Assembly (NCBI GenBank): GCA_964016885.1
Contig: OZ024763.1
Coordinates: 17,174,001 to 17,238,000 of the forward strand
Direction of reading: 5' to 3'
Source of the DNA: Eledone cirrhosa
Taxonomy: Eukaryota
DNA length: 64,000 nt
Shown here: positions 11,843 to 25,355 of the stretch, piece by piece
Layout of the letters: every line of letters begins with the position of its first letter
Position numbering within the stretch: position 1 is the first letter of the stretch
Made by a program: the position numbers and the translations under genes
Notes under the pieces: generated by a model
Databases searched by the model: none
What the model saw: the letters and a program-made list of their open reading frames with translations, nothing else
What the model was told of the DNA's origin: nothing

Positions 11843-12135
11843 TATATATAAATGTATATATATAAATATATATATATATGCATATATATATTTTTTAATG
11901 CTATCACCACACATTATTGTTGAATAATTTATATATTTAATTTTTAGTCATATTGTATTTATTGTATGTATGGCTACTTGCAACTATATAGCTCTTTGTC
12001 TGGAAGTCTTCAATGGACAAATATCATTATAGAGGTGGGGGGGGAGGGTACTTGTGTATCTGTTGTATTGTCTTTCTGGTCTTTATCATGTGGTAAACTG
12101 GTGGTTCTTGGGTTAAGAGCATGTCCAAATATAGA

Positions 12136-12170
<35 letters not shown>

Positions 12171-12334
12171 TATGGTATATATATACATACACACTCATAT
12201 ATATATAGATAGATATAGAGATATATACACTGCAAACTGCGCACACACACACATATATATACACAAAACATATGCTCACACACACACACACGCACACACA
12301 TATATATACACAAAACATATGCTCACACACACAC

Positions 12335-12371
<37 letters not shown>

Positions 12372-12406
12372 GATATATACACACACTACAAACTACACAC
12401 ACACAT

Positions 12407-13020
12407 CAGGGTAGGAGTGGAGTTTAGTGAGGAATTCCAGATACAAGTAGGTGAACATCAGGGTTCAGTCCTCAGCCCGCTCGTGTTCATTATAGTCCTC
12501 CAAGCCATAACAGAGGAGTTTAAGACTGGCTGTCCATGGGAACTTCTCTATGCTGACGATCTGGTTCTTATAGCAGAATCAGTAGAGGAGCTAGAGAATA
12601 AATTCTGGCTATGGAAACAGCAGTTGGAAGCAAGAGGACTGAGAGTGAACCTAGCTAAGACAAAAGTGTTGATGAGTAGAAAAGAGGACAAAACTCTGAT
12701 TCCGTCAGGGAAATGGCCATGTTCGATATGCAGAAAAGGAACTGGCATAAATTCTATAAAATGCACACAATGCAGATCCTGGGTACATAAGAGATGTAGC
12801 GGGATAGCAGGCAAACTAACAGGTAGGGAGAACTATGTATGCAGTAGATGTACAGGGAAATTAGACAGTAGAAGTCGCATTGATAGAAACATTTTTCAAA
12901 TGCAGGAGGGCGCTATAGAAGTGGTGGATAGCTTCCGGTACCTAGGAGATTAGATTAGCATGGGAGGGGGGTGTTCCGTGGCCATAGTATCTAGAATAAG
13001 GACGGGTTGGAAGAAGTTGT
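12407..13020 (+). mobile_element. RTE-clade LINE reverse transcriptase fragment (decayed) with an embedded C4HC3 finger
   Basis: HQGSVLSPLVF...ELLYADDLVL...NLAKTKV...CSIC...CTQC...HKRC...CSRC...SFRYLG, in-frame stop, then SRIRTGWKK. Confidence 0.93.
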
Positions 13021-13318
13021 CTTGCTCATATGGGAACTGATTCTGGCTTGATTTCTACAGCTGGATGCCCTTCCTAACACCAACCTCATTTACAGTGAGT
13101 GGTGGGTGCTTTTTTGCCGTGGCGCCTCCACGACCACTTTGCAGTGGAATGATATGGACCCCAGTCCCTATCATCTCATTTCTACATCTGAGTAAACTGG
13201 AGCAATGTGAAATAAAGTGTCTTGCTCAAGGAAACCACACATCACCCGGTCTGAGAATTGAACTCACAACCTTTCGATTGCAAGGCCAATGCTCTAACCA
13301 CTAAGCCATGTGCCTCCA
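13021..13318 (-). mobile_element. tRNA-derived SINE family B (Meta-like core, RTE-type tail)
   Basis: Minus strand GGAGGCACATGGCTTAGTGGTTAGAGC (A box)...GAGTTCAATTC (B box)...CCTTGAGCAAGACACTTT...GGTGTTAGGAAGGGCATCCAGCTGTAGAAA. Confidence 0.85.
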
Positions 13319-13375
<57 letters not shown>

Positions 13376-13395
13376 AACGTGCAGAGTCATATATA

Positions 13396-13606
13396 TCATC
13401 ATCATCGTTTAACGTCCATCTTCCACACTAGCATGGGTTAGACGGGTGTTGTCCCACTTGAGGCAAGGTTGGTCGGGTGACCATGTCTCGCTCGTATAGG
13501 ACTGTCTGGCAGGTTTTCTACAGCTGGATGCCCTTCGTAACACCAACCACATTTACAGTGTGGAACTGGGAGGTTTTTACCGTGTTACCTACACGCCCAC
13601 ATTACA
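13396..13606 (-). mobile_element. RTE-type 3' end fragment
   Basis: Homologous to 24878-25076, 33356-33585 and 47732-48090. Confidence 0.75.
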
Positions 13607-13627
13607 AATACATGTATATATATATAT

Positions 13628-13659
<32 letters not shown>

Positions 13660-13745
13660 ACATTATGAAGAGAGAAGAAACATTTAGATATAATTAGTAA
13701 TAAAATATAATTAGTAACATAATTAGTAGTAAACTACTCCTAGAT

Positions 13746-13835
13746 TCCTCGACTACGTAGTTTCGTGGCATAAACAAAAACAATACATCATAAAGATATA
13801 GAGTCCTTGCGAGGTCTGCCGACTTATCAAGAGGA
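13746..13835 (-). ncRNA. Type-I hammerhead ribozyme, U3:A8 variant, GUC cleavage triplet
   Basis: UCCUC-UUGAUAA-GU(C)GGCA...UGCCAC-GAAA-CUACGUAG-UC-GAGGA; 5-bp helix I, palindromic helix III. Confidence 0.82.
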
Positions 13836-13946
13836 TACCTCATTTTACTAGTCTCAAGAACGCGTCTACACGACGTGAGAAAGAGTCCCAAAAGGCGGAG
13901 GGGGAGATATATATGTATAGAAAGTATTGCCGCAAGAAGCTGTTCC

Positions 13947-13990
<44 letters not shown>

Positions 13991-13992
13991 TA

Positions 13993-14183
13993 TAGTAACA
14001 AGTATGACCCCGACGGCAGAGCTCAAACCGTTTCGACGGCTAATTCAGTCCAGAATTAGCCATCGAAACGGCTTGAGCTCTGCCGTTGGGGTCATACTTG
14101 TTCCTATTACCCACTCTACTACCCTAAGAACTGAGTACTTTGGTGCGTTATGGTCCATCTGGTTCCTTACCACATTTCCTTCG

Positions 14184-14185
<2 letters not shown>
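13993..14185. mobile_element. Penelope-like terminal remnant folded into a palindrome
   Basis: About 50-bp inverted arms (13996-14046 and 14053-14102); same family as 33948-34946; flanked by (TA)n. Confidence 0.65.
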
Positions 14186-14258
<73 letters not shown>

Positions 14259-14283
14259 TGTATATATATATACATATATATAA

Positions 14284-14320
<37 letters not shown>

Positions 14321-14321
14321 T

Positions 14322-14652
14322 GGAGGCACATGGTTTAGTGGTTAGAGCATTGGCCTTGCAATCGAAAGGTTGTGAGTTCAATTCTCAGACTGGGTGATGT
14401 GTTGTTTCCTTTATTTCACTTTATTTCACGTTGCTCCAGTTTACTCAGCTGTAGAAATGAGATGATAGGACTGCGGTCCATATCATTCCACTGCAAAGTG
14501 GTCGTGGAGGTGCCACGGCAAAAAAGCACCCAGCACTCACTGTAAATGAGGTTGGTGTTAGGAAGGGCATCCAGCTGTAGAAATCAAGCCAGAGTCAGTT
14601 CCCATCCCACCCTTGCAAGCAGGGAAAAAGCGGACGTATGATGAAATGATGA
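14322..14652 (+). mobile_element. SINE family B, near full length
   Basis: A/B boxes, core and RTE-type tail ending in GAT repeats. Confidence 0.85.
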
Positions 14653-14708
14653 AGATATATTTATACTTATATATATATTTATATTTATATATATATATAT
14701 GCATACAT

Positions 14709-14785
<77 letters not shown>

Positions 14786-14838
14786 CATATGTATCCATTC
14801 TTTTTATAATAATAGGCACTGAAAACACTCACACATAC

Positions 14839-14869
<31 letters not shown>

Positions 14870-15313
14870 ACGCACACACACACAACGCACACACACACAA
14901 CGCACACACACACACACAACGCACACACACACACAACGCACACACACACACAACGCACACACACACAATCACAACGATTAAACAAATCATGCCCCCTCCT
15001 CGTAGCTCTATTTCTATGATATTACTATAAGTCACTGACCCTTACAAGTCATGCAATTCGATTATATGATACTGAAGCCACCCCCACTCCCCAATCTGAT
15101 CTTGTAATGTTTATTTAGTAGATTATTCTGGTTGTGACAGGGTCAGTTATCTGCTGTGTAAGTGTGTGTATATATATATATATATATACACACACACATA
15201 TGTATATATATATACACATGCATATGTATAGATATATATAAACATATATATGCAAATACATATGTATATATATATATAAATATACATATGTATGTATACA
15301 TATACATATATAC

Positions 15314-15363
<50 letters not shown>

Positions 15364-15593
15364 ATATATATATGTGCATATATATGCAGGTGTATATATA
15401 TATATATATGCATATATATTTACATATATATGTATGTGTATATATGTATGCATGTATGTATATATATGCATGTGTGTATATCTATTATATCTATACATGC
15501 ATGTGTGTGTGTATATATATGTATATATATATATATATACATACATTGTACTATAGAGAAGATAGTGTGTTCCTAAATTGCAGTGTATGTCTG

Positions 15594-15624
<31 letters not shown>

Positions 15625-15673
15625 GTATAATATATATATATATATATATATGTATAATATATATATATATATG

Positions 15674-15728
<55 letters not shown>

Positions 15729-15997
15729 ATATATATAAAACCTATTTTCAGCTGTAAAATGGCTAACACGATGTGATGTATACTTTAACATACATGTTCC
15801 TGAATTAACCAAGTTGCCTGTATGGGGGTCACTTGACCTGCTGGAAATAGCAATCAAATCTCCCTCAGATTAGACCTTACCATCTTAATCAGAAAGAAAC
15901 AAGGAGGAGGGAGGGACATGCTCATATCATTCTCTGTATTTCATGTTTGAGAAACATTTATGTGTGACCATGATTTGATCATAGCTGACCTGGGGCT

Positions 15998-16940
15998 AAA
16001 CAACAATAATAACAACAACAACAACTGCTACAATAACAACTGCTACAATAACAACAACTGCTACAACAACAACAACTGCTACCATAACAATAACAACAAC
16101 TGCAACTATCTCACTGAGAACCTCCACAATGACAACCAAAACAACAGCTACAACAACAACAATAACAATAACAGCAACAGTGACAACAACAACCAACCAC
16201 AATCACTACAACAACTATGACTATCACCACCACCACCACAACAACAACAACAACCATAACAGCAAGCAACCACCATAACTACCACAACAACCACCACCAC
16301 AACCACAACAATAACCATAACAACAACAACAACAATCACAGCAACCACCATAACCACCATCACAACAACAACCATAACAACAACCACAACTACCAACAAC
16401 CACAACCACCACAACAACCACCACCACAACAACCACCACCACAACAACCACCACCACAACAACCACCACCACCACTGCCGCCATTACCACCAACAACTAC
16501 AACCACCACAACAACCACCACCAACAACCACCACCACCAACAACCACCACCACCACCACCAACAACCACAACAACCACAACCACCACCACCACCACCAAC
16601 AACCACCACCACCACCAACAACCACAACCACCACAACAACCACCACCACCACCACAACCACCACCACCAACAACCACAACCACCACCACAACAACCACCA
16701 CCACAACAACCACCACCAACAGCCACAACCACCACCACTGCAGCCATTACCACAACAACCACCACCACCAACAGCCACAACCACCACCACAACAACCACC
16801 ACCACCACCACAACAACCACCACCACAACAACCACCACCACCAACAACGACAACCACCACCACCACAATAGCCACAACTACCACCACTACCACAGCCACT
16901 ACCACCACAACAACCACCACCACCACAACAACAACCATAA
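15998..16940. repeat. (AAC)/(ACC) trinucleotide low-complexity tract
   Basis: Seen directly. Confidence 0.95.
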
Positions 16941-17132
16941 CATCTAATTACCAGTTATATATTGTATAATATAATCAACTATAGTCCTTCGTTATCATTA
17001 AATATATGGCTTTATTTGAGAATCAGAAATCAATATTATATAAAACCTGGTTAGTGAAAATAGAGGAGGTTTCTTGAGTTGGGGAAGTAGTGTTGTATTA
17101 GTTTTAATATCGTACAGTCATTTAAGTTCGTT

Positions 17133-17615
17133 CCTCTAGATTCTAAGTTCAAATTGAATCAGGATTAACTTTACAATATTTTAATTTTTCCTCTAAATTT
17201 TAAGTTCAGTTTGAACCAGGATCAAATTTGCAGTATTTTCATTGAGTTCAAATTGAACCAAGATCAAATTTACAGTATTTTCAATTTTTTCTAGATTCAA
17301 GGTTCAAATTGAACTAGGATCAACTTTACAGTATTCTAATTTGTGACCTCTAGATTCTAAGTTCAAATTGAACTAGGATCAACTTTACAATATTTTAATT
17401 TGTGTCCTTTAGATTTTAAGTTCAAATTGAATCCAAGTTTTTCCACTGGATTCTAAGTTCAAATTGAACCAGTATTAACTTTTTAATATTTTCAAATTTT
17501 CCTCTTGATTCTAAGTTCAAATTGATCTAGGATCAACTTTACAATATTTAAATTTTTCCTCTAGATTCTAAGGTCAAATTGAACAGGAATAACTTTACAA
17601 TATTTTCAATTTTAA
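17133..17615 (+). repeat. Degenerate tandem repeat of about 58 bp, probably derived from SINE A
   Basis: CTCTAGATTCTAAGTTCAAATTGAACTAGGATCAACTTTAC resembles the SINE A segment TCTGAGTTCAAATCCCGCCGAGGTTGACTTTGC. Confidence 0.7.
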
Positions 17616-18201
17616 CTTTAGAGAGAGAAAGAAAGAGACGGTTGGATAGAGAGAGATTGAAAATGATAGAGAGGAAGTGAGAAAAATATATAACGGAAGA
17701 ATCGATAACCATTATTGGACCTTCAAATGATGAAAAATAACATTGACCATGGCAGGATTTGAACTCAGCAAGCCAGAGCAATTTGTCACCCTTTGTGTGT
17801 GTGTAGGGCTGCATTATCCAATGTGTCCTTCCCATATTCAAGACAGTTCGGTGTCATGTGGCCGATTTAGATGCAGTTTCTAACAAGTTGAGTGACTTCC
17901 AAAGAGCTTAGATTTTTTATTGTTTGGTTGGTTGGCTGATTAGGGTGAAATTGTTGTTGTTGTTTAACCCCAGGCTGGCTTTACTTGATCAAACCTATGA
18001 TCAAAGACATTTCAGCTACAGACATCCTATCTTTATTATTATTATTTATTTTTTTGGCAGGTGGGGCAGGGGTCATAATGTAGCTAGGATTACATTATTT
18101 AATGCAGACCTGCCAACTTCTAAAAACCTAAACAGGGAGTACAAGGAAAAAAAGTGCCCCAAAAGGGGGAGAAATGAGGCAAAATAGGAGGATTTTTACA
18201 T

Positions 18202-18381
18202 AATTGTTTCTACTTTTGGCACAAGGCCAGCAATTACCCAGTGCATTACTGGTACTTTATTTTATCGACCACGAAAGGATGAAAGGCAAAGTTAACCTCG
18301 GCGGGATTTCAACTCAGAATAGCAAGGGCTGTAACTCTATGCATCAAAGCATGGCGTCTGACCCTCTACCAATACTGCCAA
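18202..18381 (-). mobile_element. SINE family A copy (older diverged copy at about 18630-18790)
   Basis: Consensus match. Confidence 0.85.
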
Positions 18382-19340
18382 TGAAAGCTATACCATTTTC
18401 ACAAGAGAAGACATCTCTCACCCACCTCAAAGTGGGTGGGGGATCTCCCCGTCTGACGCGGAGAGTTGACACATCTGCCAATGTGTCTTTTTTTTTTTTT
18501 AAAGACAAAAGGATAAAGATCCCATAACTCTTTGTGGAGTCATAGAGGTACCATCATATGGTGTGTCTAGGGCAGTTTTAAACCTGGTAGAGCCCAACCC
18601 TCTCCAAGTCTGAACACAGCCTATTTTTCTATAGAGGAAGAATTGACCCCAGTACAGGACTGGTACTTTTTTTTATCAACCTCAACAGGATGAAAGGCAA
18701 AGTTGACCACAGCGGGATTTGAACTCAGAGCGCGCAATGAGGTGGGACAAATACCGTAATGCCTTCTTAACAACTCTGCCAATTCGCTGCCTACAATAGA
18801 CAATAGAGTGCAATATAAAAGAGATTTAGCTATTATTTCTAGCAGATTGTGCTGCTACATAGAGGATTCCTTAATAGGACTTTATATTTTGTTATTATTT
18901 GTTTTGCAACAGATAATTAAAGATGTGACTATCGACAATAATTAAAATAACTGTGATCATACTTCTCTCAGTTTATTTTCTAATTATCAAAATTATGGAA
19001 ATTAGTTTATACAATTAACATTGCTTTCTAATTTAATAGATCAGTTGTAATTAGCAGCTTTTGCATCTCATCATATCATTTTGATTCAAACATCTTTTTA
19101 GTTTAATTTTTTTCAGCTTTAAGTGTCTGTTCATTTTAACATTGTCATTATAAACCATATCTCCACCCCAGGCCTACACGATGCACACCCTCTCCAACTC
19201 TTCACCCGAAATATTTTTCACCTGCAAACCACTAACCCTGGGTGCTATGCTAATCACTAGCCTAAATCTCCTCCTCATCCCATGGAATGCTACCCTCTTT
19301 CAGAATTTGAAACTCCCTAGAATTCCTTTCTTGTTTATTT

Positions 19341-19617
19341 ACTGCAAGGTGGTCGTGGAGGTGCCACGGCAAAAAAGCACCCAGCCCACACTGTAAAGTA
19401 GACGTGTAGGCGCCACGAAAAAGCACCCAGCACTCACTGTAAATGAGGTTGGTGTTAGGAAGGGCATCCAGCTGTAGAAATCAAGCCAAATCAGTTCCTG
19501 TATGAGCAAGGCATGGTCAGCCGACCAGACACTGCCCACAACAGGACAACCCGTCTAACCCATGCTAGCATGGAAGAACGGACGTAAAACAGTGATGATG
19601 ATGATGATGATGATGAT
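19341..19617 (+). mobile_element. SINE B / RTE 3' end fragment with (GAT)n tail
   Basis: Shared tail consensus. Confidence 0.75.
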
Positions 19618-19619
19618 TC

Positions 19620-20880
19620 TTAACCATAGTATCAGAGCTGTGATCTCTTGATTTGGAGAAGTAGTAGCTCTACCTGGAGTAACTCCCTGATCTCTGAACT
19701 ATATGCTCGATTGAATAACGTTACTCCAAAGACCCTTTGAAGAAATCCCATTTCAGCTGCTTATATTATAACTACTTGACCATCGGAGGTGTGATCTCTC
19801 GATTTGGAGAAGTTACAGCGTAGCTGGTCTGACTGCCTGATCTCTGAGCTATGTATTCTATTGAGTAGTGTTACTCCAAAGACCCGTTGAAGGAACCCCA
19901 TCTTGGCCACTTGTATTTTTCTAACCTCATGGCCATAGTACCAGCAGAGCTGTGATCTCTTGATTTGGAGAAGTCATGTATCTACCTGGAGTGATTAATT
20001 GATCTTTGATCTATACACTCTGTCAAGTAACGTCACTCCAGGGACCCTTTGAAGGAACTCCATTTCATCCACTTGTAGTCCAACCACATGACCATAGTAC
20101 TGGAACTGTGATCTTTCTATTTGGAGCAACTCTCCGATCTCTGAGCTACGCACTCTGTCAAGTAACGTCACTCCAGGGACCCTTTGAAGGAACCCCATTT
20201 CATCCACTTGTAGTCCAACCACATGACCATAGTACTGGAACTGTGATCTTTCCATTTGGAGCAACTCTCCGATCTCTGAGCTACGCACTCTGTCAAGTAA
20301 CATCACTCCAGGGACCCTTTGAAGGAACCCCATTTCATCCACTTGTAGTCCAACCACATGACCATAGTACTGGAACTGTGATCTTTCCATTTGGAGCAAC
20401 TCTCCGATCTCTGAGCTACGCACTCTGTCAAGTAACATCACTCCAGGGACTCTTTGAAGGAACCCCATTTCATCCACTTGTAGTCCAACCACATGACCAA
20501 TATACTGGAACTGTGATCTTTCTATTTGGAGCAACTCTCCGATCTCTGAGCTACGCACTCTGTCAAGTAACATCACTCCAGGGACCCTTTGAAGGAACCC
20601 CATTTCATCCACTTGTAGTCCAACCACATGACCATAGTACTGGAACTGTGATCTTTCCATTTGGAGCAACTCTCCGATCTCTGAGCTACGCACTCTGTCA
20701 AGTAACATCACTCCAGGGACTCTTTGAAGGAACCCCATTTCATCCACTTGTAGTCCAACCACATGACCAATATACTGGAACTGTGATCTTTCTATTTGGA
20801 GCAACTCTCCGATCTCTGAGCTACGCACTCTGTCAAGTAACGTCACTCCAGGGACCCTTTGAAGGAACCCATTTCAGACT
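19620..20880 (-). repeat. 135-bp tandem array (about 6.4 homogeneous copies at 20016-20880 plus degenerate copies) derived from RTE LINE C-terminal coding sequence
   Basis: Unit translates to LQVDEMGFLQRVPGVTLLDRVRSSEIGELLQIERSQFQYYGHVVG; homologous to the RTE fragment at 44910-45100. Confidence 0.9.
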
Positions 20881-21637
20881 CTTATATTCCTGATTTCATT
20901 CTTTCAAACAATACCCACAATTCCTGTGAAGTGAAGCGCACCAAATTAAAGATAACAAGTTTGGCTTTTACACATACTCAGTAGTCTTGAATAATCATTC
21001 CCCTCCCGCACACTCATACACATACACACACATACACACCACACACACCGCTTATTAATTTTTCAGATTTTTTCCAACCCCATGCTTATTAAATTTTGTT
21101 AATCTATCTCCATTCAAATTATATTTTAAGTGGTAGCATTCCTGTGACAGTTCATTTTCTTTATACATTAAAAAAACATTATACATGACAAAAGAAGTAC
21201 ATTCCTAGAAATCTCATACATTATAAAATAAATAGGATGGCTTGAGGTCTCAATATGTAAACTAAATGACTAATTCTGGTTTAAAAAAAAAATTCAATGG
21301 AGACAACCTAGAAAAATTTACCGATTTTCTGACTACCCCCTGCATATTCCAAACCCTTCACTTATTCCAGTCTCCTGTTTTTTCCAACCCCCTATCATTG
21401 GGACCCGAAAATATTTCCCTTTTATGATGACCAAATACTGCAGCTCACACATTCCTGCACCGTTTCCTTCAATTCTTGCCTTTAATTTAACCTCATGCCC
21501 TCCATCGTTCACGATAACGACCCTGAGATAGTATTTGTGCTAGTGATAGTAAATGGTGCTAAATTGCAACTATTCGATGTGGGCATGTGACTACTCTGTC
21601 AAAGGTGCATAATGTCACCACTCCTGTTCATAATAAT

Positions 21638-23200
21638 AATTGTTTCTACTTTAGGCACAAGGCCAGCAATTACCCAGTGCATTACTGGTACTTTATTTTA
21701 TCGACCCCGTAAAGATGAAAGGCAAAGTCAACCTCGGCGGGATTTGAACTCAGATCGTAAAGGGACGTAACTATGCTGGAAAGCATGGCATCCGACCCTC
21801 TACCGATTTGTTTCTACATAAGGCACAAGGCCAACAATTTTGAGGGAGAGGAAAGTCAATTAAATGAACCAATTACTGGTACTTTATACTTTATTTTATC
21901 AACCCTGTAAGGATGAAAGGAAAAGCTAACTTCAGAATATAAAGGGGCCGTAACATGCTAAGCATGTTGTCCAATGTTCTGCTGATACTGCTAATCTACT
22001 GCCATTATAATGATTTCTAGTATAGGCACAAGGCCAGTAATTTGGGGCGGGGGGGGGGGGAGGAGAAAGTCAATTAAATCAACCCCAGTACCTGACTGGT
22101 ATTTTATTTTATCAACCCTGTTAAAGATGAAAGGCAAAGCTAACCTCAGTCATTTTGAAGTCAGAACGTGAAGGGCCATAACTCTATGCTGCAAAGCATG
22201 GTGTCTGATGCTCTACCGATTCTACTGACAATCCACCAATAGTAATAACACAGAAAAAATTAAATAGCAATAATAATAATAATAAAAATAGTAGTAGTGG
22301 TAGTAGTAATAGTAGTAGTGGTGGTAGTGGTAGTAGTGGTGGTGGTGGTGGTAATTGAAATCAAAGCTGACCTTGGCAGGATTTGAACTCAGAGCATAAA
22401 TCGTCGTAACAATATGCTTAGAAAGCATATTGTCCATCTGATGCTCTACTACTTCTGCCAAAATAATGGCCCTACTATTAACATTATTTGTTTCTACATT
22501 TGGCACAACGACAGCAGTTTGGCGGAAGGGGGGAAAAGTTGACTAAATCAACCTCAGTGCATTACTGGTATTTTATTTTATCGACCCTGTAAAGATAAAA
22601 GGCAGAGCTTACCTGAGCAGGATTTGAACCTCAGAACCCAAAGCACCATGACTAAATACTTACACAACATATTGTCCATCTGACGCTCTACTGATTCTGC
22701 CAAAATAATGACCCTGGATTGGCAGTATCGGTGGAGGGTCGGACGCCATGCTTTGAGGCATAGAGTTACCTCCCTTTATGGTCTGAGTTCAAATCCCACC
22801 GAGGTTAACTTTGCCTTCCATCCTTACGGGGTCGATAACATAAAGTACCAGTAATACACTGGGGTAATTGCTTGCCTTACGCCAAAAGTAGAAACAATTA
22901 TTACAGGGTCGATAAAATAAAGTACCAGTAATGCACTGGGATAATTGCTGGCCTTGTGCGAAAAAGTAGAAACAATTATTTGTTTCTACATTTGGCACAA
23001 CGACAGCAGTTTGGAGGAAGGGGGGGGAAAGTTGACTAAATCAACCTCCAGTGCATTACTGGTACTTTATTTTATTGACCCTGTAAAGATAAAAGGCAGA
23101 GCTTACCTGAGCAGGATTTGAACCTCAGAACCCAAAGCACCATGACTAAATACTTACAAAACATATTGTCCCTCTGACGCTCTACTGATTCTGCCGAAAT
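21638..23200. mobile_element. Cluster of at least 7 SINE A copies or fragments of different ages, in both orientations
   Basis: Copies start near 21638(-), 21810(-), 22015(-), 22350(-), 22490(-), 22716(+) and 22980(-); 22485-22710 is duplicated at 22976-23200. Confidence 0.8.
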
Positions 23201-23367
23201 AATCGCCCCCTTCTATTAATATTAATATTAAAATCATATCCGATATTTTTTCAATTCAATTTTTTTTTTTTTCTTTTTCATTGTATTGTTTTGATTTTTT
23301 TTTTCTGATTTTTTTTTTTGCTTTCCTTCCATTTTTCATTCGTTTGTTTGTTTGTTTGTTTGTTTGT

Positions 23368-23399
<32 letters not shown>

Positions 23400-24119
23400 A
23401 AATTGATTTTGTGTCATCTGTCAATTGAATTGGTTGAATATATCTTATTTATTTTTATTAACTTAGCCAAGGTTATTTATTGTATAAAACAGTTTTTTCA
23501 GTTTAGGGTGAAACCTTTAATTCATTATACCTACATGTATGTATGTGTGTGTGTATGTATGTATTTGTGTGTATGTGTGTGTATATATATATATTTATAT
23601 ATATATATGTCTGTCTGTCCATATGCATATATATGTATGTACATATATCTATAAGTGCATATATATATATATATGCATGTATATAGACATGTTTATATAT
23701 ATGTATATGTATATATGTATGAGCATAAGTATATATACATGTGTATATATAAATATATATATATGTATGTATATATATATATATGTATGTATGTATGTGT
23801 GTGTGTGTATATATATATGTATGTATGTGTGTGTATATATATATATATATATATCTATGTATGTGTGTGTATATATGTATGTATGTATGTGTGTGTATAT
23901 ATGTATGTATGTATGTGTGTGTATATATGTATGTATGTATGTGTGTGTATATATGTATGTATGTATGTGTGTGTATATATGTATGTATGTATGTGTGTGT
24001 ATATATGTATGTATGTATGTGTGTGTATATATGTATGTATGTGTGTGTGTATATATATATATATGTATGTATGTGTGTGTATATATATATGTATGTATGT
24101 GTGTGTATATATATATGTA

Positions 24120-24164
<45 letters not shown>

Positions 24165-24185
24165 ATATATATATATATATTTATG

Positions 24186-24216
<31 letters not shown>

Positions 24217-24467
24217 GGAGGCACATGGCTTAGTGGTTAGAGCATTGGCCTTGCAATAGAAAGGTTGTAGTTCAATTCTCAGACCGGGTGATGTGTTGCT
24301 TCCTTGAGCAAGACACTTTATTTCACATTGCTCCAGTTTACTCAGCTGTAGAAATGAGATGATAGTCACTGGGGTCCCTATCATTCCACTGCAAATGGTC
24401 GTGGAAGTGCCACGGCAAAAAGCACCCAGCCCACTCTGTAAAGTGGTCGTGGAGGTACCACGGGAAA
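24217..24467 (+). mobile_element. SINE family B, 3'-truncated
   Basis: Consensus match. Confidence 0.85.
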
Positions 24468-24700
24468 AAGTTATAAGAATCAAAGTTCTGATCAAATCAT
24501 TTATATGCTTACAATTGTTTCCTCCAAACCGAGGTTTGGATGCTTTGGAGCAATTTATTAATGGATGATCACAAATATGACCTCCTTTTCAACCCAAGAG
24601 ACATACAGATACATATGCTCCGAAGAATCCAAACCTCGGTTTGGAGGAAACAATTGTAAGCATATAAATGATTTGATCAGAACTTTGATTCTTATAACTT
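24468..24700. mobile_element. Penelope-like inverted terminal remnant
   Basis: About 85-bp inverted arms (24468-24553 and 24615-24700) containing a hammerhead-like motif. Confidence 0.7.
24613..24665 (+). ncRNA. Type-I hammerhead-like motif (U4C)
   Basis: AUAUGCU-CCGAAGA-A-UCCAAAC(CUCG)GUUUGGA-G-GAAA-CAAUUG-UA-AGCAUAU; 7-bp helix I. Confidence 0.72.
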
Positions 24701-24877
24701 ATATATAACTGCTCTGTAAAACAGCTGATGTTAGTACATTGAGCTATTTAACTTACTGGTAATAAGGTAGTAATATATTACTGCCTATCACTATTTAGGG
24801 TTTGTAAAAATATATATAACTACAAAAGGCTTTTGTATTTGCATAACCATAAATAGTATCCTTAATACTATATATAT

Positions 24878-25076
24878 CATCATCATCATCATCATCATCG
24901 TTTAACGTCCGTGTTCCACGCTTGCATGGGTTTGGACGGGGGTTTTCCCACTTGAGGCAAGAGTGATTGTCTTGCTCGCATAGGACTGTCTGGCGGGTTT
25001 TCTACAGCTGGATGCCCTTCCTAACACCAACCACATTTACAGTGTGGGGCTGGGAGGTTTTTACCGTGTTGCCTAC
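24878..25076 (-). mobile_element. RTE-type 3' end fragment
   Basis: (ATC)n-GTTTAACGTCC...GGATGCCCTTCCTAACACC. Confidence 0.75.
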
Positions 25077-25355
25077 ATATATATATATATATTTATATAT
25101 ACACACACACATATATATATATATATATATTTATATATACACACACACATATATATATATATATATATTTATATATACACACACATACACAGACATATAT
25201 ATATATACACATACACAATTTTAGATTTCTGGTTTATAAAATATTTAAATTTTTATTTCTTATATTCTTTTTCATTCAATACATACAATTATTACCATTA
25301 CTACGATGTCAGTCCTTGTGGACAATAGAGGAATCATTATTAGCATTATTACGGT

